Shown: positions 1 through 11,308 of the stretch, piece after piece
How positions within the stretch are numbered: position 1 is the first letter of the stretch
Layout: each line of letters begins with the position of its first letter
NCBI GenBank assembly: GCA_900088475.1
Contig: FLMG01000629.1
Coordinates: forward strand, 1-34,143
Direction: 5' to 3'
DNA length: 34,143 nucleotides
DNA from: Hyphochytrium catenoides
Lineage: Eukaryota; Protista; Hyphochytriomycota
Notes under the pieces: generated by a model
Database searches by the model: none
Seen by the model: only the letters and a program-made list of their open reading frames with translations
What the model was told of the DNA's origin: nothing
Made by a program: the position numbers and the translations under genes

Positions 1-46
1 CCGCGCGCTGTCGCTGCACTAGGCCGTGCTGCTTATCTCGCTGCAC

Positions 47-757
47 TTTCCTTCTACCCTGACCATAGAAGAAGATAATAATAAAGATTTGAAAGTGTAT
101 TTTACTTACATTTCAGTGGTCCCGATGGAGCAATGTGACCCATCCGATCCCCGCCTTCATAGAAGAGCAGCGGGCCAGATACGGGACAACTACGTGAACA
201 ATAGTTTTGCGTCTACTTCATCGAATGGCATTGAAGAGAGAGATAGAGAAGGAGTGGTCCGCCGTGGTAGCTTCAGCGCGCCTCAATGCGACTCACTCTG
301 AGATCTTGCAATAACTATACATTCAACTTGAGGATGATGGTTACTTTGGCCCAGCTAAATTCCTCCACCAAGGAGAACTGCTGCGGTGTCGACATTCTTA
401 AAGCTCATACCACAGCCACCAGCGCTATGAATGGCATTGAAGAGATAGAGAAGGAGTGGTCCGCCGTGGTAGCTTCAAAGCGCCTCAATGCGACTCACTC
501 TGATCTGAGATCTTGCAATTATACGTTCAACTTGAGGATGGTGGTTGCTTTGGTGTTTCCCTCCACCAAGGGGAACTGCTGCAGTTTCGACATTCGTAAA
601 GCTCATACCACAGCCACCAGCTCGTCGGACGGACAATCCTACACCGAAGGGTTTTTTGCTCGATGCATGGCCGAATGCAAGAAGTCTGCCTCTGCCACTC
701 AACGAACGGGCTGCGATCGATCATATACATTTTGTATGGTCCCTACCTCCTCCAGGT
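47..757 (+). pseudogene. Decayed paralog of the Cys-rich surface protein gene at 4290-5546
   Basis: Collinear nucleotide similarity to ~4543-5175. Shared blocks include 'atttcagtggtcccgatggagcaatgtgacc', 'gcgggccagatacgggac' and 'gatgcatggccgaatgcaagaagtctg'. It has frameshifts, a large internal deletion and an internal tandem duplication. Confidence 0.9.
223..621 (+). repeat. ~200-bp imperfect tandem duplication within the pseudogene
   Basis: The unit 'gaatggcattgaagag...gctcataccacagccaccagc' occurs at ~223-423 and ~429-621; the intact gene has it once (~4835-5023). Confidence 0.9.
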
Positions 758-1595
758 AACTACGTCACCGGGAAGACATTCTGAGATGGCAATTAAGCTC
801 GACGGGCAGGACCGTGGTCCGGAGCAGCTCACTCTATGATGGGGCCTTGGCCTAGCCGTGTTAAGTTTGTCTATGGGTCGTGTGTAATAATGAAGGATCA
901 ACAGAAGAAGAAGGTCGAACTGACTGAGTTTCTCGTACATCACACGGGCGATGTCCATCATCATCTCGATGATGTTTACCGCACCTCGTTGTACCTATAT
1001 TTCTATATTGTTGAGCGACACGTCAAAAGTCCAGCAGTCTTATCACCTTCCTTATCATCATCATGCTATCATCAGGTCGATGATGATAAAGTCAAGCGAA
1101 AACTGCTGCTGCAGCTAGTACTGTTTACGCAACGGCAGGAATTATACCAAAGGAAGATGCGGATAGAGTCGTATTCACAACCACATCATAACAGGCAGTA
1201 TGATCATAGGGGTGAGGGCGGGGTCATCGCAAGGTTCCTGGCTAGATAAACCTTGTGAGAATGCAATTTTACTGCGTTAAGCTGTAGCTAGCTCAAGCTC
1301 CGATGAAGAAGGCAGAAGACTCATCATGGGGAGAAGCTCATGGAGGAGATACTTTACTCTTACACGAGATACTTTACTCTTTCACTCCTATACAAAAAGT
1401 CTAGCAGATTAATGTCATGACCAGTTCAATGACTGTGCTAGGACAGTGGAGAACAGGAACAGAGAGAGGGGCAGAAACAACGAGGAGACAGGTTTCTCTG
1501 TGTCTCTTCGGTGGTATAGTTAAAAGAGCAAGAGGGCATTTAGATGATGTTCTCTTCGCTTCGAGGCAGTCAACAAGAAAAGAAAACCACTACTA

Positions 1596-1598
<3 letters not shown>

Positions 1599-1634
<36 letters not shown>
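1599..1634. repeat. (TC)18 microsatellite
   Basis: Perfect dinucleotide run, followed by CT-rich low-complexity sequence. Confidence 0.95.
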
Positions 1635-1636
<2 letters not shown>

Positions 1637-2113
1637 GGGCTCTTCTCTTCAACTTATCTTCTTCCTTCACCTTACCTGCGTTCCTGCTGCGACTCTTTTC
1701 CTTTAGTACCCTTCCCTTCGAAACTGTCTCTCCTGCTCTCTCTCTTCATTCTGTTCTTACTTTGCGTCCTTCACTCCCTTCTCTGGCCCACTCTCTCTCC
1801 CTGTCTCTCTCCCTCTCTCATCTCTTACTTCTACTACTCTTTTCTTCATTCAGGATCAATGGAGAACATATTGGGAGACAAGGTGAAGATTATGATGATG
1901 ATGGTAGAGAGGGTCTCGACCCGCAATCCTGTGCCCGACAACCTGCCCCTTTAGACAACAAACTTCTCTCCAGCGCTCTTCCTGCTGCAAAATCACCTCT
2001 GCTCCTGATATCCTTTCTTCCGCCACCATACTTCCCTGGTTTTTTTTTCTGCTTCAAGTTTTTTACTTCCCCTCACATGCTCTCCTGCTGCATCGAGGCC
2101 ATTACTGCCTAAA

Positions 2114-3420
2114 GACGCTCCAAAGGAACCGCCTTCTTAATCTTGCCGGAACACAAGGCCAGCAGCTTTCTCTATCAGACTTATGGTTCTGACAGATACG
2201 TACTAATTTCATACAGGAAGAACAGAACGATAGACCGACCGAAGGTTTGCGACTTGGTAATAATCAGGAGTAGGAGGAAAGTGCAGCTATATGGGCTAAG
2301 AATGTAAAGTGCTAGTTTAAGAAGGAACAGATGCCATGTGCAACGTGTAAAAAAGCGATGTGCCCCCGACTAAGCCAAGAGAGACAGACCCGGAAATGCT
2401 GTCAGAAGAAATAGCATTTTGGTGTGAAGAGCAGCATGGAGCAAGAGATATGTAAGGTACCTATCAGGAGTAATTCACCATCGTGTCAACCCATAGCTTC
2501 AGCTGCTCCGTTCGTGGTTATTGACTTATTGTTGTCTCTGATGTCGTGATCAATTTATCTACAAGTCGCTGCCATGGCCTTTCCGTTCTGCCTCTTCTTC
2601 GCTTCTGCTTGCAAAATGCATCTACGCTACTAGCAGGGTTCTATCTCATTCCTCGTTCCCTTTCATTCTTCCTGATAAGATGTTATCGGCCAGGCTCTTG
2701 TTCTTCTTCTTCCTTCACCCTTCCTGTCTGCTCTCTTCCTTTCTTTATGCTTCATCAATCTACTCCTTGTCCTTATAGAAGAGAGACAATGGCTAAAACA
2801 GAAAAGGAAGGAAGAAGCCAACCCTAGGAGAGAGCTTGAATAATCAACAGAAAGAGCGAGAGAGACTATTTATAAACGGAGGATTTGGTTGCTGGACAGT
2901 GACAGCTACGCGATGGACTGACAGCGAACTAGTTTGGGAGAGGCAAGAATGGAGATTTCTTAACAAGAGAAGGTTCGAAGGACAATGCAAAGTGGGACAG
3001 ATGTAGCGGGCTTTACAGCTTTCTAGCAACAAAGGAAAAGTGAAATTGCAACAGCCCCAAAGCGGTTGCTCACAGAGAATGGGACCACAAGAGCGAGACA
3101 ACGATGTGGTCTTGAGGGTGGCTAAGCCATACCACCAGGGGGGCACCCTCCAAGAAGGAGAGGACCAGCGAGAGCGGACGAGCAGCAGGAGGAGGACAAA
3201 GTGCCAAAACAAATGCAAGTGGTGGGTTGGGATCTTGGCTTCCTCATTAGACCTGAGATAATGGGCGGGGCGGCCTCTGGTTGGTTTATTATGGAAGGAT
3301 GTGGATAGAACCTAGATGTATCCTACCGCAAAGATGGCCAGTAGTACTTAACTTTGCATGTTCCATTCTTATGAACTGTATGAAACCCGGTTGGGAACTC
3401 ACCCTTAACTGTATGTCCCG
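2114..3420 (+). mobile_element. Highly decayed Ty3/Gypsy pol relic (RT to RNase H), interrupted by a CT-rich tract at ~2520-2860
   Basis: Motif remnants read across frameshifts in canonical order: DAPK-TAF (2114), PAAF..RLM (2159), DRYVLI, KC*FKKE (2307), VVLRVAKP, TNASGGLG (3209; cf. TDASxxGLG), GRPLV, YPT (~3319), LGTHP. Confidence 0.55.
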
Positions 3421-4289
3421 AAGCTGAGTCCCGAGTCAGGACCTCCAGTACCGTACTCTCAGTTAGGTGGGAAGGAACAAACAACAAAAACTCGAGTAGC
3501 ACCAAATCGACCTGGATAATTGTGGTGACAGGAAGAAGGAAAACACATTGGACCAGACGCGGCGAGCAGAAGCAACCCTACGCCGTGGTGTTCGTCGTCA
3601 GACATCCCATCCCATCAGAGCTTTGGGCCCCTACTTTTATGCCGCCGTTTTTGAGAACTATTATCACAGCAGGTTGTACAGGATTGTAGTAGCCAGTCAT
3701 CATTATAGATCATGCAACTTGACTGGTACACAGCAGCCTTGCAGTAGCCTTCCCATGAGCGGCAGCCCATCCACCTTCTTCCTCTTCGGTGTTTTTGAAC
3801 TTCTGATGATCGAAGTCTTTTGATTATTTGACAACTGTGCATCGCCTTTGACTGGTCCTTGTTGTTTTCGCCCATCGCACTGGCTTTCTCTTTTTTTTTT
3901 TACTCGTTTGCTTCTTGAGAGGGTCCACGAGTTGCAACAATAATAAAGGCACCAAGGATTGAAAGTCAAGAAGAGCTCTGTTGTGGCGATAGATGTGCCA
4001 CAACAATGATGATGAACAAAACTTGCGCCTTGGCCGGATGCGGCGGGCGGAGACAGAAGCAATGATAGATAAGTGCAAAGAGGCAAGAGGGAGTGCGAGA
4101 AGAAGATCTACGAACAACAGAAGTAAAGAAAGGAATACATACATACTTTCTTCAATCACCTTCATCATGAACTCCGTTTATTGAAGAGCAACCATAATAG
4201 AATTTTCCAAAGGGGAGATAGAGATAGTAGAACTTCCTTTATAGTAAGAGCAAACTATTTGCTGAGTTCGCTTCAACACCCCAACAAGC

Positions 4290-5546
4290 ATGACAGCAGC
4301 ATGGACACGACGAGCGCAGATGATAGAGGCAGTAGTTGGAGTCGTAATGACGCTTATGCTAGCCACACTGCCCGAATTGAAAGGGTTATCCCTGGCGGTT
4401 CCGAAGTACGCAAGCGGACAAGCGCTCCCAATGCGAAGTCGTGGTGGAGGCGATACATCCTCTTTCTCTAGATTGGCAAGCGACCTTGCAGAACCCTCAG
4501 AGTCTGATGAAGATCCAGCATTGTCAGCTTGCCAAAGGATCTTTCCTACACCGAGACCAGAAGATAAAGATCTGAAAATGTATTTTACCGACATTTCAGT
4601 GGTCCCGATGGAGCAATGTGACCCGATCCTCGCGTCCTATGAACAAGAATGTGAGGCTCTCGAGAGCAAAGGAAAGGCTGTTAGTGACTACTTTCCGGCT
4701 AGCAAAGGTGAAAAGGAACGCCAGACATGTATGCGATGTGACAGGACGGCGGTTGGGCTAAAGTATACTGCACATAGAGCGGGCCAGATACGGGACTACT
4801 ATGTGAACAATAATTCTTCGTCTACTTCATCGCACGGCATTGAAGAGGTAGAGAAGGAGTGGTCCCCCGTGGTAGCTTCAAAGCGCCTCAATTCGACTCA
4901 CTCTGAGATCTTGCAATACTTTCAACCTGAGGATGGTGGTTACTTTGGCCAAGGTAAATATTCCTCCACCAAGGGGCACTGCTGCAGGTCAATTTTCGTA
5001 AAGCCCATACCACAGCCACCAGCGCTCTGTGAGGAAGGATACTACTCGGTCGGACAACCCTACGCCGAAGAACTTTTTGGTAGATGCATGGCCGAATGCA
5101 AGAAGTCTGACTTTGCCATTCAAGGAGCGGGCTGCGATGGATCTTATGAATTTTGTATGGTGCTCACCTCCAGATGGTACGGGATCGATGAAGGTGACCG
5201 GTTAGGCCTTCGCGAGCTCTATTGCTATAGAAACCGCAATACCCATTCTGTATCATACAAAGGGACATACCTTGACTCGTCTTTATGGTCCACGAGTCCA
5301 ACAGAGGAGAAGTTCGTCAACTGCTTTTTAAATGCAACCTGGGTGGATGAGGGGTCAAAGCCGCCAAAGGACGAGGCGATCTTTACGGCAGACAACTCCT
5401 TATTAAAGGAGGAGACCAGGGATCCAGATGACCCGCAGAAGAGTAAGTCATCAGCTTCGGCTTTGCACCTGGGACAGAGCAACTGTCAGAGCGGCTGGTT
5501 GCTCTCAGTCTTATTTGTGTCGTTGGCGGGCAAAATGATCCGCTAG
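4290..5546 (+). CDS. Uncharacterised Cys-rich secreted, probably GPI-anchored protein (intronless, up to 418 aa; start could be ATG 4320)
   Basis: Long open ORF with a hydrophobic N-terminus (MIEAVVGVVMTLMLATLPEL), 15 Cys and several N-x-S/T sites. A Ser/Ala-rich spacer precedes a hydrophobic C-terminal tail (GWLLSVLFVSLAG). A decayed paralog lies at 47-757. Confidence 0.8.
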   Translation: MTAAWTRRAQMIEAVVGVVMTLMLATLPELKGLSLAVPKYASGQALPMRSRGGGDTSSFSRLASDLAEPSESDEDPALSACQRIFPTPRPEDKDLKMYFTDISVVPMEQCDPILASYEQECEALESKGKAVSDYFPASKGEKERQTCMRCDRTAVGLKYTAHRAGQIRDYYVNNNSSSTSSHGIEEVEKEWSPVVASKRLNSTHSEILQYFQPEDGGYFGQGKYSSTKGHCCRSIFVKPIPQPPALCEEGYYSVGQPYAEELFGRCMAECKKSDFAIQGAGCDGSYEFCMVLTSRWYGIDEGDRLGLRELYCYRNRNTHSVSYKGTYLDSSLWSTSPTEEKFVNCFLNATWVDEGSKPPKDEAIFTADNSLLKEETRDPDDPQKSKSSASALHLGQSNCQSGWLLSVLFVSLAGKMIR

Positions 5547-5609
5547 AGCAGTCTTAGCTGGTGCCCTACCATTTACCAGTACCTCTTATCCTACGCTGAC
5601 GTTTGTGTC

Positions 5610-6576
5610 ATGGTATATCTGGTTAATGAAGTATCCTTTCTGTCCCCAAACTTATCCCAACCATGGGAGAGAATGCTATGCCGCTGACCTTACTCACTCT
5701 CAAGCTTGCTCGGTAAATCTCCGACTCCATGCAACCTGCTACTAAGACCCACCAGAAAGGGGATGTTATATGTATATCTCCTCTGACGCTGTTAGCCACC
5801 TAATAGCGCACATGACACGGATCGACCGTTGTATGGGATGTGACCTCTCCTCTTTAAGAGTACTCTCAGGGCGGAAGTCCCGACTAGAGTCGGCAACGAA
5901 TGGCTCTGACGAAGGATGCTCTCTTCCTCTTCCCTTGCTTCCCTCTTTCTCTTTGCCTGTTATTGGATAGCCTGTTGACACTACTTCTCTTGCATGTTGT
6001 CTCCTTTACCTTTGCATTTCTCAGGTAGACTGACTCTCTCGCAAGAGAACCTCCCTCTTACCCTCCATTTCATAGTTAATAAACTTCGTTCTTTCTGAAG
6101 TAGAAGACCCTTTGCTACTTGCTGGTGTTCCCACGAACTCTTCCTCTGCGTGGTGCTTGTCTGAACTGATGCCTGGCCAGCCAAGGTACAGACAGAGCAC
6201 CCTCTCTTTCCTCTCTCTCTCGAGACCTGCAACAGTCTCACATATTACAGGGGACGCATAGCTCACTAGACCTATTCCGTGTCGCAAAACAGTCAACCTC
6301 GCGCCCCCTCATCGCTATGATGCTATAGGTAGATAGGTGTTTATCAAAATACTTATTTACAGGGGCGATAGCGCGGTTATTAGGGGATAAGGGCCGCGGA
6401 CATTACATACTTTATCGCTTAGTTGTTTTCTATTCGTTAGTAGTTAGGACAAGAATAATGTTACTTCTGCTCCTAGGCTAAGAAGAACTTCCCGCGGCTC
6501 CATCCAACCTGGGGACATGCAAAGCTCTTAAATCCTGATCCCCTTGGCAGGCCAAACGGGGGGTGAGCGGAGGAAA
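5610..6576 (+). mobile_element. Copy C of the ~0.5-kb non-coding element family, split by a ~0.5-kb CT-rich insertion (~5755-6235)
   Basis: 5683-5730 aligns with 12727-12770. From 6266, 'ctagacctat...aacagtcaacc' aligns with 12825 onward. It ends in 'gggtgagcggaggaaa', matching the 13166 terminus. Left boundary approximate. Confidence 0.7.
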
Positions 6577-6579
6577 CGC

Positions 6580-7720
6580 TATTATCCACATGGAGTAGGC
6601 TACATCTTGAGACGTTTTATGAGGATGGAAATGGCTCCATCACTTTTTACTATCTTGCCTCACCATAGCATTCAAGCGCACATAAGCTGGTAGCATGGCC
6701 GAGCACTGCGATGATCCCAAAAAGCATTTCTGTCCGTCTAGCCCAACATCAGTACCTACACGCCCTCTGCTGCACTATAGCGGACATCCTGTTTGAGCCG
6801 AGCCCCTATTAATGCGAACGTAGCAAACTTTCATAATAGATACTGGAGACGGCAAGGTAGTTAGTACTAGTATTCTCAGCGCCCGTCATTGTGCTGGGTT
6901 AGACCTATCCTAAGGAAGATAGCAAGTGTTTATTATGTAGCCGAGTGGGAAGGAGATACAGTTTATCGCCTAGTCCTTCTTCGTTACTTGATGAGAGCGG
7001 CTATAATTAGTTAATATATGGGCCAAGAGCTTCCCTTGACCCAGCCAGGCGGCAAGGAAAGCTCCCGGGGCCAATTTGATCCTCCAACAGCCAAAGGCTT
7101 ATCATATATCCTTGCGCTTCGTCACGCCATCCGGTGAGCAAAAAGAAGAAATACATTGGGTTCAGGCATTATGCGGATCATTATTCTTAGATCCTCCGAA
7201 AAGACAATTGGCAGCAGGTTCTTTTTCTGTTTATCTATGGTTATAGCTTTCTAATAAAGGGTTGCAGGGCGGCTCTGAAAGAAAAGAGCTTTACAGTCGA
7301 CCAATTTGAGTGTAAGGGACGAGGTCAGTCCATCCCCGCTATCGATTGGGCAAGCGATCCAACTGATTGATTCTCTTGCTGCACCTTTCTTTCGGATGTG
7401 CTTTAGTTCCTTGTTAACAGATAGTACATCAAGGTCGCTCCCTCGCCTACCGAAGCCGAATACTACATCGCAGCAGCAAACAGAGCTACAAGAACTCCTT
7501 TGGCTTCGCCAGTTTCTCCAGAACGTAGCGGCCCACTAGAAGTTGGGCCAACTATAAGTTACCTGGACAGCCAATGAGCCATTAAATAGTCCTCAATCCC
7601 TTCTTCAGAAGCGTTGCTAAGACATATTATATCTGCTCTCAGCCTGGCTAATGATCAGCGAAACCATGGCCTTCGAGGTATAAACAAGGACTTTATATCA
7701 ACCCCAGCGTCATTCATTGA
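6580..7720 (+). mobile_element. Decayed Ty1/Copia pol relic (end of RT plus RNase H), interrupted by element copy B
   Basis: Remnants in canonical order: YILRRFM, ADILF (cf. RPDIxF), DWASDPTD (7344; cf. DADWAGD), VAPSPTEAEY (~7434-7463), ELLWLRQFL (7492), PTISYLDSQ*AI (cf. DNQSAI). Confidence 0.75.
6900..7151 (+). mobile_element. Copy B (3' part) of the ~0.5-kb non-coding element family
   Basis: Aligns with ~12910-13166: 'ttatgtag', 'gccaagagcYtccctt', 'cagccaggcgg..ggaaag.tccc', 'aggcttat', 'gtcacg.catccgg(g)tgagca' and an A-rich end. Confidence 0.8.
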
Positions 7721-8696
7721 GAAGGGTTGTTAAGAACACCTTTCTTCTACGTTCTTTATGGCACGGCATCCATTTCCACTCTGTTTGCCATCGTCGTCTT
7801 TTGACTTTTTCTGATGGTATGGACCTGCAAGCTTGTTTGACTTCTCTTCTCTTTCCAAACAGTTCTCTCATTATTGCCTTCCTACTGCCTACTACCTGCT
7901 GTTCACTGCCTGGTCCCTCATCTCACTTAATTATCCATTAGTCAGAGTTGTTCAATGAGCATGTACCCCTCTTCTCTTTTCAACACTTTTGGATCATGCT
8001 CATCATTCTGCCTCCTTCTCACTTGTTTAATATCAGCTTCATATCTTCTCATCCTTTAGGCTTTTTAGTACATAAAAGACTATAGCTCATGAAGCTCACC
8101 TCGCATCTCTAATCTTCCTCCTGCAGTCTTCTTCATCTCGACAACACTGAAGATCTTTCCATTTTAACTGTAAGATTTATCAACGCTCACCAGAGCTGAG
8201 TAGACATATGCTCTTTCCTGTCATTCTCATGAGGAAGAGTGAGATCCGTATCGGCTAGTACTTATTAAAAGGTGGGTAAGTCACCAGCGAGAGCGGCGGA
8301 AGCCATGATAAATAGTCTAGTTGTTGTACTAGTCACCAGCTCTCAGCCGAGCTAGTAGCGTCAACTCCATCCTTCTGCGCGTACGTCTTCAGGCATTTGT
8401 TATGCTCTCTATCGTCGCCTTATTATGCATAGCTACATCGCTGCAGGTGGGTTAGTCAACCTGTCGAGCGTTAGAGAGAAAAATATTTCCGTATCACCCT
8501 AGTTTTCTGAGAACACTCACAACTTGAAAATAGAAAGATGATGCTGATTGAGAATTCGTGCAGACGGCTTGTGGCTGCTCATGATGACACCTTTTCATGG
8601 TCGTGACGTGGTGCCGTCTTATAATGCATATATCTTGATGTTTTATTTATGATTTTATACTGTATGACCGAGCAACGAGCAAATGAGTCGGCTGAG

Positions 8697-9418
8697 TTAC
8701 GGCTTGAAATGGCCCAGGGTGTAGGCAGCACTTGAAACTGAGCCACCAGCAGTAGTTCCATCCTTCCAAGACTTCACCCGACATACTTTCTGAAGGAATA
8801 AGCGTGCCGGCAAAAGGACACACTGGCCCAAAATATAGACCAAAATGATACCGAGAAGTTGCAGAAAGGATGCTGCGGCACTCCGCACGAGTGGGCGGAG
8901 GGTCCTAGATGGCGCCAATGTGCCAACCAGATGAGAGGAGCTATAGAAGTCCTCTGGGAAGTAACCTTCCAAATTCTCTTTCTCTCTGGGGAAGTCTCAG
9001 GCCGTAGCTTCAAATGAAGGATTACCTTGACATCCGTAGGATGCAGAAATAGCAGTGGATGCGCAGTGTAATGGACCTCAGCGAACAGGTCGTTTCCGCC
9101 GCTGACGTCCTGAACTGCAGCAGTCAAGCGATAAGAGGTCATTCATTTCTTACTTCAAGATAAAGACAATATCTTAGACGAAGTCTTCGAAAGGAACTTA
9201 CATAGCCCCATGACCTTCACCTTGCCCAACTCATAGTTTGCATTGCCGAAGGCCGGGTACATATGAAGGATTTGTCTCTTTCCACGGATCATGAAACTCG
9301 GATTTATCAGTTCAGCATCATCGGTGAAATACTGGTCAACCGCGCGTTGCACTCGAGGGATATCTGTACCCAGGAGCGCATCGATCACTGATGAACACTC
9401 CTTTACAGGGTCTTCCAT
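8697..9418 (-). pseudogene. NTF2/SnoaL-like fold protein with C-terminal hydrophobic helix; one frameshift (pseudogene or assembly error)
   Basis: Exons 9418-9202 and 9114-8697 with a GTAAGT...CAG intron. The N-terminus MEDPVKE...VDQYFTDDAELINP resembles a fungal-type NTF2-like family (recalled, not searched). A 1-nt loss near 8953 breaks the expected WKVTSQ-EDFY continuity. Confidence 0.65.
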
Positions 9419-11308
9419 GGATGTTATGCGATGATTATTGCGCCGCCAGTAAGGAGGATGGCTTCAGCTGTTTGGTGTATCGTCTCTCGCGGGCGATGGC
9501 GCGGTTTAGCAAGGTTTGCAGAAAGAGCGGCATGTAGTATCTGTTGACCCACTCGGAAATCTGAGAAATAAGTGCGACGACGAAGCATCCAGGACCGGGA
9601 GGGGATTGCGACTGATGAGGTTGAATCCGCAAAAGAGAATCATGCGTCGGCAGGAGCAACAGCTCCTTCGAAGTCCGGATGTCTGTCTTGGACGGAAAGG
9701 CGCATGATACCTGAGAACCGTAGAAAGGGTGCATGCATAACAATGTAGGAGGAAGCAGTAATGGCTATGCAGTTCTTATTCTTCCATAGTCGCAGCAGAA
9801 CTACTTAGCTTGTTCTCTCTACACCATCATCCTCTCTGCAATGATAGTAGGAGAGTGTATGCAAAGGAGATTGCTTCTTGCAGCAGCAATAATGGTCCTT
9901 TGCAGTGTTCGCTCTTTTACAGCTGTATGGCGGCTGAGAACGAGGGGGGGAGAAGAATCAATGATCGCACCAATCTTACAGCCACTCAAGCAAGTACCAT
10001 AATAATCTCAATCTCTATAGCAATAAGTAGTCTCTCAACACTAGTTGATGAAGACTGAGAAGCAGCTCATCTCCAGGACCCGTGAACAATTCAGTGGCAC
10101 GCAGCGGGGAAGAAGCTGGAAGAGACAACAAGAGGAACGACGATAGAGAGAGGAGGGGACTGAAGAAAGAAAGAAGATGACTACCTAGCAAGGGAGAACG
10201 GTTTCTGAAGAGGGACAACATGCGAGGAAGCAGAATAGTAAGGAAACAGCAGGAGGACTACGAACGAAAGATTAGTGAGGAAACAAGCTGCTCCTGTCGT
10301 ACCAGTAGTGCGATGTGGTGTGGCAAGAAAGACACAAGAGAGGAGTTACCGGCGAATACTAATGTTGGCTCTCATCATTCATCATGGGAGGAGGAGGACA
10401 GAAAGGCTAGCAAATGTTGACACGTTATGAGGACCGTTCTTAGTGTGATGCTAACCAGGTGTTTCCGAAGGATAAAGTGCAGCATTAGAGCAATGTTTGT
10501 CTAATGTTCATTGTGGGCGGATGGCGGCCACACTACAAGGGAGCAAGCACCACCATCATTGTTCCTCCATTGTTCCCGCCCGCCCCAGCCGGGATTGATG
10601 TGGCGTGAGAACACAGCAAGAAAGAAGTATCTGTTGCACCTTCAACAAATGGCTGTCGCCACGCTGGGATAGACCGCGCCGATAGGCAGCAGTAAAAAAT
10701 ATCTGGAACTTCACCTGCTAGAAATTGGATTCTCTCCTACTGCAGCTGTAAGCAAGCGGAATCTAGCAGGTGCTGCCGAATGGCATAAGGCTGGCAAAGC
10801 TGCAGGTTCATCGAGACATAACAAAAAAAGACAGTGGCAGAGAGACGAAAGTTTGTTGACTGCTGTGTTCCCTTGTCTGATAGAGCGCTTTACTGCGAGA
10901 TATACAATGTAGTAGCGACCATCATCAAGACCTCCTATTAATAGGTCCGAACACGTGACAGAACATCTTCAGTCTTCATCAGCTCTGGTTATAGAAGGAG
11001 GACACCCGCCAGGTTCATTGGGATCTACTAGATGGTCCTCCGCGTCCACTCTCCGTCATGGGTATCAGTTGTGATCGGACCGGAAGCAATTCTTCATAAA
11101 GGATCTTTCTCAGCTAGACTTACAGCGATCGCAGTGATTGAGAAGAGTACGGATTGCTTGTGTGCTTGAGCTCAACGTCATGAACCATCACTTGCAAGCG
11201 AGAAGAAGAGTCGCTCGTACTTATTTCCAGAGCCTGGAACCACCGGTACGGTGTGTTCCCTTCGGATGCAATGTAGCTGCGTGTGCCTCTTCGTGCTGCC
11301 CATCTAAC

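Noticed and set aside
836-1249. 137-aa ORF, possible gag or protease remnant
   Set aside because: No recognisable motif; cannot be supported.
1346-1385. 20-bp direct repeat (similar short duplication at ~16427-16464)
   Set aside because: Ordinary slippage duplications with no evidence of function.
1544-2112. Leu/Ser-rich ORFs resembling membrane proteins
   Set aside because: Products of TC microsatellite and CT-rich low-complexity sequence.
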